Source: the human T2T-CHM13v2.0 reference genome, Homo sapiens. Taken from it: 64,000 nt of DNA. The notes below the pieces were generated by a model. It did no database searches. It worked only from the letters and a program-made list of their open reading frames with translations, and was not told where the DNA came from. Within the stretch, counting starts at the first letter, position 1. Each line of letters starts with the position of its first letter. The stretch spans positions 31,264,001 to 31,328,000 of the forward strand of contig CP068257.2 in assembly GCA_009914755.4 (NCBI GenBank), in the 5' to 3' direction. Shown one piece after another: positions 51,095 to 63,663 of the stretch. The position numbers and the translations under genes are program-made.

Positions 51095-51245
51095 AGCTAG
51101 GTGTGGTGGCACACACCTTAGTCCCAGGTACTCAGGAGGCTGAGGTGGGAGGATGGCTTGAGCCCAAGTGTTCAAGGTTAAGGTGAGCCATGATCATGCC
51201 ACTGCACTCCAGCCTGGGCAACAGAGCAAGATCCTGTCTCCAAAC
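51095..51245 (+). mobile_element. Alu right-monomer-only copy (FRAM-like)
   Basis: GCTAGGTGTGGTGGCACACACCTTAGTCCCAGGTACTCAGGAGGCTGAGGTGGGAGGATGGCTTGAGCCCAAGTGTTCAAGGTTAAGGTGAGCCATGATCATGCCACTGCACTCCAGCCTGGGCAACAGAGCAAGATCCTGTCTCCAAACAAAAGG. Confidence 0.8.
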
Positions 51246-51676
51246 AAAAGGGAGAGTTGTTTTGAGAATTAAATAAGTTACAACATGTAAAGCTCTTGGG
51301 GCATCAGCTGGCACATAGTTGTGCTCAATAAATGACAACTGTGACAGTGTGGATGCAGTGTGGTTACACCAGGAATATGTACAGTGAGACAGGTATTGGT
51401 CAGGACACAGTGGGAGCAGGAGCTAGGTAAGCAGAAAGGGGCTGGTGGAGTGTGTGAGTCTGGGCAGGAAACAGATTAGAGTCCAGAGAAGCCCAAATCA
51501 AGGCAGGAAGCCTTGGGCATCAACCAGAGACTGAGCCAGGCAGGCTGAGACAAGACCCTGGAGACCAAGCAGTTAATAAGAGGCTTTGAGAGCAGGGTTG
51601 AAAACCCCAGATCATGGGTAGAGGTTCTTTGCTTTGGGGCTGATTTCATTTTGGCTGCTGGGTCAATTCTGTTTCC

Positions 51677-53017
51677 CTTTTTAAAAAATCTTTGTTGAGA
51701 CATAATTTGCATGCCATAAAATTTACTCATTTAAAATATGCAATTCAATGGGGTTAGTATATTCATAGAGTTGGGCACCTATCACCACAATCCAAGTTGA
51801 GAATATTTTCATCACCCCCGCAAAAACTGCATACCCATTAGCAATCACTACCCATTTCCCCTTCCCACCAGCACCTGGCAACCACTAATCTATTTTCTGT
51901 CTCCATAGATTTGCCTGTTCTGGACATCTCATATCAATGGAATCACATAATATGTGGTGTTTTGTGACTGACTTCTTACACGTAGCATAATGTGTTCAAG
52001 GCTTATCCATGTCATAGCATGTATCAGTTCTACATTCCTTTTCATGGCTGAATAATATTTCATTGTATGGATATACCCCTTTTATTTCTCCATTTATTAG
52101 GTGATGGACATTTGGATTTCTTCCATTTTTTAGCTATTATGAATAATACTGCTATGAACATCCATGTACTAGTTTTAGTTTGGACATGTGTTTTCATTCT
52201 TCTTGGATATATACTGAGGAATGTGATTACTGGGTCTTAAGGAACCTTTATTTTTAAGCTTTTGAGGAGCTGCCAAACTGTTTTCTGAAGCAGCTGCTCC
52301 ATTTTACATTTCCACCAGGAGACTACGAGGGTTTCTATTTCTCCTCATCCTCACCAACCCTTGTAATTATCTGTGGTTTTGATTCTAGCCCATCCTGGCA
52401 AGTGTGAGGTGGTAACTCATTGTAATTTTGATTTGCATTTCCCTAAGGGCTAATAATATTGAACATCTTTTCATGTATTTATTGGCTATGTGTTTTTCTT
52501 CTTTGGAGAATGTCTACTTAAAGGCTTTATCCATTTCTAATTGACTTATTTGTCTTTTTCTTATTGAGTTGTAAGAGTTCTTTATATATTCTGGATACCA
52601 GTTCTTTCTCACATAACATGATTTGCCAACATTCTCTCCTATTCTGTGGGTCATCTTTTCACTTTCTTGATAGTGCAGCACAAAAATCTAAGTTGAGGTA
52701 GTCCACTTTATCTATTTTGTCCTTGGTCTATTCCTTTGGTGTCATGTCTAAGAAATCATTGCCTAATCCAAGGTTAAGGATTTTTAAGACTTTTATAGTC
52801 TTGGCTCTTATATTTAGCACTCTAGTCCTTTTTGAATTAAATTTTGTGTATGGTGTGATGGAGGGGGTCCAATTTCATTCTTTTGCATGTGGATATCCTT
52901 CGTCCCAACACCATTTGTTAATGTCTGTTTCAGAGGTATGTGAACCAGAGCAACTCCATCTTGAATGGGAGCTGGGTAAAATGAGGCTGAGACCTACTGG
53001 GCTGCATTCCTAGATGT
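51677..53017 (-). mobile_element. L1 (L1MA/L1MB/L1PB-like) 3' UTR and ORF2 C-terminal region, antisense (about 1.34 kb)
   Basis: Antisense L1 3'-end match: TTTAAAATATGCAATTCAATGGGGTTAGTATATTCATAGAGTTGGGCACCTATCACCACAATCCAAGTTGAGAATATTTTCATCACCCCCGCAAAAACTGCATACCCATTAGCAATCACTACCCATTTCCCCTTCCCACCAGCACCTGGCAACCACTAATCTATTTTCTGTCTCCATAGATTTGCCTGTTCTGGACATCTCATATCAATGGAATCACATAATATGTGGTG...GCTATTATGAATAATACTGCTATGAACATCCATGTAC...GAGGAGCTGCCAAACTGTTTTCTGAAGCAGCTGCTCCATTTTACATTTCCACCAGGAGACTACGAGGGTTTC...CTCATTGTAATTTTGATTTGCATTTCCCTAAGGGCTAATAATATTGAACATCTTTTCATGTATTTATTGGCTATGTGTTTTTCTTCTTTGGAGAATGTCTAC...TCATTGCCTAATCCAAGGTTAAGGATTTTTAAG...CATTCTTTTGCATGTGGATATCCTTCGTCCCAACACCATTTGTTAA. Confidence 0.8.
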
Positions 53018-53479
53018 TTAACGCATTCTAAGTCACAGGATGAGATAAGAGGTTGGCATAAGATACAGGTCATAAATACCTTGCTGATAAAACAGGTTGT
53101 AATAAAGAAGCTGACCCAAACCCACCAAAACCAAGATGGTGACAAAAGTGACCTCTAGTCGTCCTCACTGCTACACTCCCACCAGTGCCATGGCAGTTTG
53201 CAAATGCCATGGAAATGTTAGGAAGTTACCCTTATGGTCTAAAAAGGGAAGGCATGAATAATCCACCTCTTGTTCATCATATCATCAAGAAATAACCATA
53301 AAAATGGGCAACCAGCAGCCCTTGGAGCTGCTCTGTCTGTGGAGGAGGCATTCTTTATTCCTTTACTTTCTTAATAAACTTGCTTTCACTTTATTCTATG
53401 GATTCACCCTGAATTCTTTCTTGCGTGAGATCCAAGAACCCTCTCTTGGGGTCTGGATCAGAACTCCTTTTGGGTAACA
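53018..53479 (+). mobile_element. ERV1-like solo LTR (about 460 bp; primate ERV family, possibly LTR12/ERV9-like; name tentative)
   Basis: Begins TGTGAACCAGAGCAACTCCATCTTGAATGGGAGCTGGGTAAAATGAGGCTGAGACC and ends TCTGGATCAGAACTCCTTTTGGGTAACA, giving TG...CA termini. It contains AAAACCAAGATGGTGACAAAAGTGACCTC, CCATGGAAATGTTAGGAAGTTACCC and a U5-like TTAATAAACTTGCTTTCACTTTATTCTATGGATTCACCCTGAATTCTTTCTTGCGTGAGATCCAAGAACCCTCTCTTGGGGTCTGGATC. It abuts the truncated end of the antisense L1. Confidence 0.45.
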
Positions 53480-55017
53480 TCTAGATGACCTCACAGGGGG
53501 TGGCATCAGTGTGCTCCCTGCCACCTCTGCTGGACATTAACAGCTAGGACTTACAGAGACTTGAAGCTCCCATTTATTCAGTGTTTTCTACACATTCTCT
53601 ACACCAGTCCAGGCCTTGCTTTAATTGTATTAGAAAACATAAAATTGAAAGCAAAACTCCTAAATTTTCGTTTTGCAAAAGAAAATTATTTAAGCTCAAA
53701 TAATTCCCCATTTGGCATTTAGTTTTGAGATCCTCTAGCCTTTGTTATTATTTATTTATTTTTGTCCCAATGCAGCTGAAATATTTCTCCTTCTCTATCT
53801 CTGGGGCCTGTTTAACCAGGTGAAGAGTCCACACAAAGCTACAAAAATCAGTTGAAAATAAAAAAAAATTAGTGGAGAATTAGTTTTCCTTGTCTATCTG
53901 ATAAATGTCCCTAGACTTGTTTGAGTGGCTTTGCATCAAACAGCAATTAGCATGAAAGGACAGCATGACTGGGTGGTTTGGCTTCCTGCAGACGCAGCTT
54001 TGCTCACAAGAGCTTACTGATCCTTGTCACCACCCTCCTCTGGGGCAGGGCCAGGCCAGCTTGTCACCTGGGACTGGTGACATCTTCTCACTTGGCTTTT
54101 CCAGTGGAGTCTCTAGAAACAAATATTTTAGAACTTTCATCCGGACTAGGCAGGATTAAGTGAGAATCTCTTTAGCATCTGCCTTTGTTAGAATTAGGTT
54201 CATCTGTCTGAAAGCAAGGCCTCAAATAAAAGTGGCTTGAAAATGACCCAAGTTTATTTCTGTCTCATGTGCCCAGGGTTGGTGGGATGGCTCTGCTCCA
54301 TAGGTCCTGAGGGGCTGCTCTACCTCCTTAGCACAGCTTCTTATAGCACCAGAGGTCCAGCCATCACGTCTGCATTCCAGTCAGCAGGAAGAAAGGAGAG
54401 CAAAGAAGGGAATGTCCCTTCCCTTACAGTATGCTTTCTGGAAGTTGTATACCACTTCTACCTTCAGCCTTTGGCTAGGACTTAGTCTCAAGGACACACT
54501 TAGCTGGAAGCAATACTGCAAAATGCAGTGTTGTTATTCCACGTGGACCTGTGCCCAGGTATAAACTGGGGCCTCTACTGCAAAGGAAGCAGAACAGAAT
54601 TGACATTGGGTGGGGCGGGCAGAGGGGGGTTACTGTCTAGACTCTGCCAGAGTCCAAGGGCACTCTGTCCCAAGAGTCAAGGGACCTTTTCCTAATTTCA
54701 ATTCTGCAAATGATTTGTCAGCCCGGTTGAGGAGCAGGCTAGGACAGCATGCACAGATGCCGTCTTGCTCAACTTAACCCTTCTTCATTTGTGCATTTTC
54801 ATTTAATACACTTGGATTTGGTACAGAGAAGGGGAATAGGGTTCTAGACACTGAAGGAAATGAAATCCCCACATGGCTCAGAGCGTGGGGATTTTGCTAC
54901 TTGAAATACCATTGTACCCTCTCCACTTTCAAATGAAGATCCTGACATTGTTTTCCAGAACAATTGCACCGTCCAGACTCAGGGACCCACAAAAGTGTCA
55001 ATTCACCGCATGTTGGC

Positions 55018-55034
55018 TTTTTTTTTTTTTTTTT
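55018..55034. repeat. (T)17 homopolymer
   Basis: Read directly. Confidence 0.9.
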
Positions 55035-57359
55035 AAACTAATTGTAACAAGTGGTTGCTGTGAAACGCAGGCTTCCGAAGGCTGCCCTTCCAGTGACCCA
55101 TACCCTGACCTGGACAGACCACCTTCTGTCCAAAAGAGGAAAAGTTTTGTTCTTAGATCAGATGAAACCCTGGCTTACCCCTGGTGACCAGCGGGATTAA
55201 TCAGACACCAGTAAAACAGCTGACAGAAACACTGAACCAACTCACAATAACCAGCACACACATCAGGCAGCATTCCTCTGCGGGGTCTTACCTCATCCCT
55301 TTCTTTTGCCCTGAGATGCAATCCCTGCTTCCTGAGGCCGTGTTCTCTGTGCTTCTTAAAGGGAGCCACTTGCAAGCTAAGAAGCTGCCCATTTTTAGGA
55401 TCAATATGGTATTCCCCCAAGTTGGTTAGAAAACACAATGGCAGGGACAGAATTTGCAGCAGGGGTTTGTAGAGGATTAGGGCTGCTTCGCCAGGATTTA
55501 TCGCCCCATGCACAACCCAGACTGAAACCCTGGTCGCAGTCTGGGTGGTTTAGAATGAGCCAACAGGCATTGCCATCAGTTTTAGGCCTTTGAAAAGTAA
55601 AATCTTCCCAACGTGCAAAAAGTAACCACTAAAAATGGACCATAACCAGATGCAAAGAAAGAATGAAAGATTGTGAAAGGAAAAAAAAATTCTGAAACTG
55701 TATTTGGAAGGTTCCTGCAGAAGGGGTCCTTCTGAAAGTATGCAGCAGGCTTCATAGCTTGCCCAACAGTCATGTACATTTCAGAATGTAACTTTCCAAA
55801 GCAAGTTGCTTCTTTGCTTTACTACCTGCAGAGAGCCACCTGCTTCATTTAATCGTGCTTTGGGTTCTGTTTTATTTTTACTGTATCCCATTTTCCAGGG
55901 CAAAAAGCAGAAAGCAAATAAAACCACATTTTTGCTACTAACTTAATATGAAATCTATTTTAATTCAGAATGATTTCCCTCCACTTTTATTTTAAAACAT
56001 GTTTAAGAAGAAAAGCAAGCTTAGAGGATTTCTGGTCCTAAATACAGCGATTTCAAGGATTGTTATCAAAACCCTGAAGGGCAGTGTTAAACAATGGGAT
56101 AACCTTGAAATATAGGATGGCTAAGAAGTGAGAGCAAAATATCACTCACTAGTGGCTATTTGTAACCAGAGTTATGCCAGGGAAGGGAGAAAGCAGTGAG
56201 AGCCGGCAATATTTGAGACGGAAAGAGATGACAGAGAAAGGTATCTTTAGCGAGGAAAGCATTTAGTGACTTTAAATCAGATGCCAAAAGAATATTTACT
56301 GGGGGAAAAATCAATTTTTCTGTGCTGTGGAGGAAGCATTTCAAAGTAAGACAACCTTTATTTCCAAATGCCTTCTGGAGGCCCTCCCCGGAGGACACAA
56401 CACCAACGCTATTAATCTTGACTTAGTGAATGAACGTATTATACGGATTTCAATCCAGATCTTCAAGTCTTAAAGAGTTCTGAAGAGCCCAGATAAAGCA
56501 ACCCGTTTTTCCTTTGGTGATTCCTCAGGGGTAACTCACTTTAATTCCCCTTTCATCTCTATGGGAGGACTCGGAACTTTAAAAGCAAACAGGTTTCCTA
56601 TACTAATTCCTGGAGAGAAGGCTTCTGTTGCTTTCTTGCTGCTGCGAGACTGAAGGTGGGTGACCATCTTCATTTGTTACCTTGGAAGATGTGGAGAACC
56701 AGAAGTAAGTTTGAAATAATAGGCCAACGGTAGCTGTCTCCTTTCTTCGAGGAAAGTTATTGCCCTTCCAAATGCCAGTTTGTTTTTTGATTTTCCACGG
56801 TCCAGCCCCGTATTTAACACAGAAAGATGCTTTAGAAGCCAGAACACTGATAATAACCCCAAATATACACAAAGACAAAGCAGAGGGCATGCCTGTTTTG
56901 TCCCGTCAGACAAATTATGATCTAAATTTTCTGCCAACACCACTTTTTTTCCCCTGATTGTTTATGGCAACAGCAGCCTGTTTATTGAGATTCTAAACTG
57001 CAATGAAATTTTCTGGGATTGAAAAAAAGAGAATAAGAGAGTTAGAGAGAGAGAGAAGGCTTATTATGTAGAAGTAAACTGTTTCAAATGGAAACCTGAC
57101 TCCCATTGTGGAAAGGGAAAGCATTGAGGAAAATTACGCCAGATTATCTAGGCTAAAGGAAAAATTTTATGCCTCACTGTGCCACTTGCAAGGAACAGGA
57201 GAGGAAAGAAAACACTAGAAACTGTGTGGCAACAAATGACTAAATTGGGATGCAGAGATAGCAGCCTTGCTAGGTTCAGTCCAACTTGTACAAGAATGGT
57301 AACAACCTAAGGCAGAGATATACCAACAATTATCTGTTACCCAGGGATTATATTAATAA

Positions 57360-57705
<346 letters not shown>

Positions 57706-59559
57706 ACTACATTTTGACATAAAGTCCGAAGACGGGACACAGGTCAGCACTTTTCATCCTAAAGGGTTATCAAAAGACATCAACTTGTATAAAAACTGGT
57801 GTGAAAATCGAGTGATGTTTTAGTTGATGTCATATGTTTTGTTCTCTCATGTGTCCAGATCCCGGAATAGGCTGAGAAAAATAGAACCTGGAGTGTAAAA
57901 AGAAAAAAGAAACATGTTAGTGGATATAGGACATTTTGCAGCTCTCAATTTGATCTGTTCCACAGTCGTCACACAGGATGAGAAGATTGTAGGAATGTGG
58001 AAAAAATTAGAATAACCTTGCATTTCGAGTTATGGAAAAGAAACTTTTAAGCTTTTAACATTTCTGTGAGAACAACATGAACCTGACAGCTAAATCACTG
58101 AAATATTGATCACATTACAAATAAAAATTCAAACAAATTCGTTTCAATTGAAAGAGGAAAAACATTGATACTACTACTGCTCATTGGTATGGTGATATGC
58201 AAATGTGGACTCCAATAAAGGAATTTGTCTAATTTTTGGACCACAATTATGTGAGGGAATATCAAAATGTTTATAATTTGCAACAACACAAGGATGTAGA
58301 TTTTGTCTGATTTTGTTAATCTCTGAAAGGCTTATTTTTGATGTGAATTAATTGGATAGTCTAATATGCTCCCTTTCAGCCCACCATAAATATCTGTGAA
58401 TTAAATTATGTAAACAGTTTCCTCAAAAGCAGAAGCATTGCTAACTCCCTTCCCCCGCATTAAATAGTTCTATATGAGTTGACAGAAGGAGTTGGCTGTG
58501 TGACCTTTCGCAATGAACGGGGAACATAGCCCCCTCTGGCCTGAATCTGAGAGAAGCCCCTTCCCAAAGCCCTTATGAGATGATATACCAGAAAACAACA
58601 CATCTGACCAAGAAGTCTCTGAAGTTGCAGCCTTTTGTATTTACACTTTTGAGCTATCTCCATTGTGATGCAAATCTCGATTTTCAATCAAAATTGGCTA
58701 GAAAAAAAAATCTTTCTCTGGAAACCGTTGTAGGAAGCACGTAAGCCTAAATCTTAAATTTTCTCTGTTCTGACTTCCTATTAAGCCACATAACAAATGT
58801 TATCAAACACATACACCTTTTGCAACTGCTGATTGAAAACTCAACCGTGTCAACTAGCATTTTTAACTAACTATAGTTTTAGTCTTAAAGGGTGCTGAGT
58901 TTATGCGTTATAAATGAACACCCCCCTCCCTTTTTTTTTCTCTCTAATTTGGGTGCTCACGTCAAAAGCATCTAAAAGCATTTTAACTTTTGTCGACTGT
59001 CCCAATTCAAGTTTGTTTGAGAGAGTCCTCCCTTCTTAGCTTGGATCCTTTATATAAGTCCAGATGAATAAAATAAAATGAAATGCAAAAGGAAGGCATC
59101 ATTAATGGCTTGAAGGCGTCCCACTTTTATTTTCTTGTATTTTAAGAGCTGAAGTTGGAAATATGGAATCCTCCCAAGCCGCTCAGAAAGTTTGAAGACA
59201 CAGGGGGCAGGGACCCAGACTTATGGAAGTCTCCGCCTCAGGCTGAAGGTTTGTGGGCGTCTGTGTGTGCGTGCGTCTGTCTTTTACTGTACCCTTCAAG
59301 ATCGAGTTCTGAAGGAGCATTTCTCCTGCCAAAATACACACACAGCCTGGGATTAAAAGGGCTGAAACCTACCAGCAAGTTCTTAACGCCCTCCCACAAT
59401 CATTAGACCAAATCCACCATCATTCCAGATTCATTTTTCCCTTATTCATCTGTCCAACTAATTCCTGCCACATTCACCAGGCTTATATCTTAATCTTTTC
59501 TGTTACATAGAGAATACATAATGAAAAGCTGCATTTTCTGGGTACATGCACACATTTGG

Positions 59560-59735
59560 AGCGGATGAACCATATGTGAAGCGACATACAATGCTGAATG
59601 CCGGCTGAATGGCGTCCAGCGCTAAAAACACCGCGAGCGCAGGAACAAAAAGCCGGCGAACAAGAGCCAGCGCCAGGCTTGCCTCTGCTGGAACACCAGG
59701 GGCTTCGCCGCGAAAACATGGGTATAATTTCACTG
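59560..59735. promoter_or_regulatory. CpG-dense core (about 14 CpG in 150 bp) followed by a TATAA motif; candidate promoter or orphan CpG-island-like element (hypothetical)
   Basis: GCGGATGAACCATATGTGAAGCGACATACAATGCTGAATGCCGGCTGAATGGCGTCCAGCGCTAAAAACACCGCGAGCGCAGGAACAAAAAGCCGGCGAACAAGAGCCAGCGCCAGGCTTGCCTCTGCTGGAACACCAGGGGCTTCGCCGCGAAAACATGGGTATAATTTCAC. Local observed/expected CpG is about 1, against roughly 1 CpG per 100 bp elsewhere in the window. Confidence 0.3.
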
Positions 59736-60878
59736 TTTTCACTCACACAAGCTGTGGGAAAGGAGTCACCATCTGATGTTTGATTGTGTGGGATATGTTT
59801 TTGGCAGTGGCCTTGTATTCCTCATTGACAAAAAAAAAGAAAAGAAAGAAAGAAACAAGAGAAAAGGGGCAGAGATGGAGGGGGGAGGAAAATAAAAAAG
59901 AATAGAGCTACATTTGCTGTTTTCAATTTGCAGTCTGGGGGACAGGCACAGCTGACAGTTCTGACCAGTGGCCACCTGAAAATCAGGGCCAGGGCCTGGG
60001 GACTGTCCCCTCTGCCTCCATCCCCTGGGCCTCCCTTTATGCCGAGGGACCAGGAGGGGACTTTTCTCCATCCTCCCCCGTCGGCTGGTTAACTTACGAC
60101 TGAGCTGTGGGGCTGACGTTTGCCTGATTTAATAAAGCCTTTTATCCAAGGTAGCGGCTGGGAAGGCAGGGTCCTGACAGCCCAGAGGGGGAAAGGGCCC
60201 AAGGCTCACAAGCAGACACTTTCCGGAGCCGGTGAGGAAAAGAGTGAAGCTTCAAAAAAACTCCCTGGCAATGCGTCTGGGGCTGAAGCCAGGTGGTTTC
60301 TCCCGTGGTTTCTGGCTGGAGACTGGCAGGGGTGTTAGGTTTACACCCTGGGTCTCTGCCCCAACCGAAGGTTCTAGAAAGAGATATGCTGCTCTTTGTC
60401 ACCATCTTTTCCTCACTCAGGAATGCCAGATTTAGCAAGTAAACATACAGGATGCCCAGCTACATTTGGATTTCAGAACAACAAGTACTAAGCCGTGATG
60501 TGCTGTTTCCCCAAAAGCCAATTTTCACTGAGTGTCTTGCACGTTATCTGACAATGCTACTCCCACGCCACCAGGCTTCCTGGTCCAGCCACCCACCTCC
60601 CCTCACCTGTGGCGGGTGGGCAGGGGGGCGGTGATCAACAGCCTCCTCTGCCTGCATCTCAGGATGTTAAGAGGATAATGAGAGAATAGATGGGTAGCTG
60701 CTTTCCAGAAAGGTCATTAATTAGCCCTGCTGGTTAGCATGTGGTTCCAGTGCCCCAGCTGTGCTAAAGGCCTTCCTCTTAGCATCCAGTTCAAACCAGG
60801 AGACATGACCAATGAGACTAGAGAGAGTTTGGTGTCATTTCCTCCTGGTGCCCAGAGCCCCTTCTCTGATGGGTTTCA

Positions 60879-61210
<332 letters not shown>

Positions 61211-62337
61211 CAATAAATTGAAATAAAACTCCCCAGTTCAGCACCTCTTGCTTTTACTAGAGGCAAATATAGTGTTTAATGGAAGATGTGGGGAGAAAGC
61301 CACATCCTTTCTAATCAAGTGCTCCTACTCCCGGGGATATTGGATTGCTACCTTTGAGTACAGTGCTTGCTAAGAAGCTGGTAACACCTAGTTGGCCTCC
61401 AGGATTTGTCTTGAGGTGGGCACCTTGCCTTGAGTTCCCCATTTGTAGGCCTGTGAAGCATATCTGGTTAAAGGCAGAGAGAAAGAAAAGGTTTCCCTTT
61501 GTGAGTAGCAGGCAAGTGACCAGGACAAATCGCATTGGCAGCCAGAGCCAGGGTCTGTGCTGTCATTTATCCTCCAGGTGGGGAGGTGGGATCAGGCACC
61601 GGCTTTAAAAGGAGGTGGTGTTCTGCACCAACCGGGTCCAAGCCCTAAAGAGAAGATGTCAAAGGAGCACTGCTCTTTTGAATATTCCCTTCACTGGAAG
61701 ACAGTCGTGGCTGCATATATTGGCCGGGACTAGAAGTGTGGTTTTCCCCATGTGGCGGAATTGCTTTCATTTTCAAACATGGGCCAGGGGCATAATGGCC
61801 GCTTGTAATGATCACATTAGCATCATGGAGCAATATATCTACAATAAATTAAGACTGCTTTGCAATTAGTACCGATGATCACAGCTGCGGAGACAAATGG
61901 CATATGTGCTAATTAAATAATTTGTCACTTCACTGTTAAACAAACAATTCAGCCTCTTTATATTACAAACTGCCATCTCCAGAACATCACCATGGGCCAT
62001 TAACCCCGTGGAAGGAACAGCTTGCCATGCCCACAATTGGTGGGGAGCGATGTTTGAATGGCAGGAAAAAGGTGATGGGGAAAAATCCACTTGGATGACA
62101 AGTCCCCTCAGACTTTGAAAATTTTCTTGGAAAATGAGTTCCAGGAGGACAAAACAAACTCTGCCACTCCACTCAGAAAACATTTGGAAGATAGCCCACT
62201 CCAGTGTTAAGATTTCTGAGCTCTATTCGATGTGCCCTTATTGAAGTGAACCATCAAACTGGTTGCAACCAATAAAAACTCCATCACGTCAAATCTCAAC
62301 TTCATCTGGTGACTTCAGCGAAAGTCCCTCCTCCCCA

Positions 62338-62395
62338 TTTGTACAGTTTTTCTTTTGTACAGATTTTGTACATACCTTTGTACAGTTTTTCTTTT
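62338..62395. repeat. Short tandem repeat of the unit TTTGTACAG (4 copies with spacers)
   Basis: TTTGTACAGTTTTTCTTTTGTACAGATTTTGTACATACCTTTGTACAGTTTTTCTTTTC read directly. Confidence 0.7.
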
Positions 62396-63357
62396 CTTTC
62401 TTTAAGTTTTAGCATTTCCTACCCCAAATGCTAATCCATAAAGCTGAATTGTGAACTAGGGTTTAATGGGGGCCAGCCATTGCTAGCCTATATAATGGCT
62501 TTGTGTGAACTAAGAGGACTCAGCTCTGTGCAGGGCACCAGTCTTGGTAAGCAAGGTGCAGGCTGGATTTGCGTCCCTGCTCACCGCCTTGGTCCAGGGC
62601 CCTTGTGCAGTGAACAACCTGTCCAACCACACAGGCAGCTCTGACTCACTTGCCTCTGAAACCAGGAGAGACCTGGGTAATTTAAAGCCACAGAACACTA
62701 GCAAGTCATGTGTCATTATTATCCTTTATTCCTTGCTCTTTTATCAGAGTTGTTAACTAATGGAACTTGATTTCTCCTTCTTATTCCTGCGCTCGCTCCC
62801 ATACAAGAGGCAGAATGGTCAGACAGAGAGAGAAAGGCAAGGCAGTGAGGACTTCTTGTCATTGGCCCTTCAGCAAATCCCTCATCAGGCACCGCCTTTG
62901 TAAGGAGCATGTGACACGGGTGGTGTTGAGTAGAAGGCATTTGTGATGTAACAGGTGTTTGGTGTAAAATACTCAGGCAGTGTTAAGTTCCACCAAAGTC
63001 ATTCTACTGCAGTAAATTTCTACCAGGCAGGAAACAGCTAGAAACAAGGTTGAGTGTTCAGTCTTCCTTCCTGCAGGAAAGGTGATTCCCTGGATAATTT
63101 CACATTAGGCTTTAAGAGCTCCTTTCCTGTGGCATTGTGGGGGTGGAAAAAGAAAAGCCAGTCTTTTATCTTTATGGAAATCTCACTGTTCGGATACAAA
63201 AGTCTGTAATAGAGGTGAGTTCCTCAGCAAATTGGTGCGTTACTCACCAAAAAGCCATTCTGTCTCTTTTTTAAAGTGAAATCTGAGTTTATCCCAGAAA
63301 GACTGGGGCATGGAGCAGCTTAGCTCACATCACTTAGGATAAAGGTGGGCACACTCT

Positions 63358-63663
<306 letters not shown>

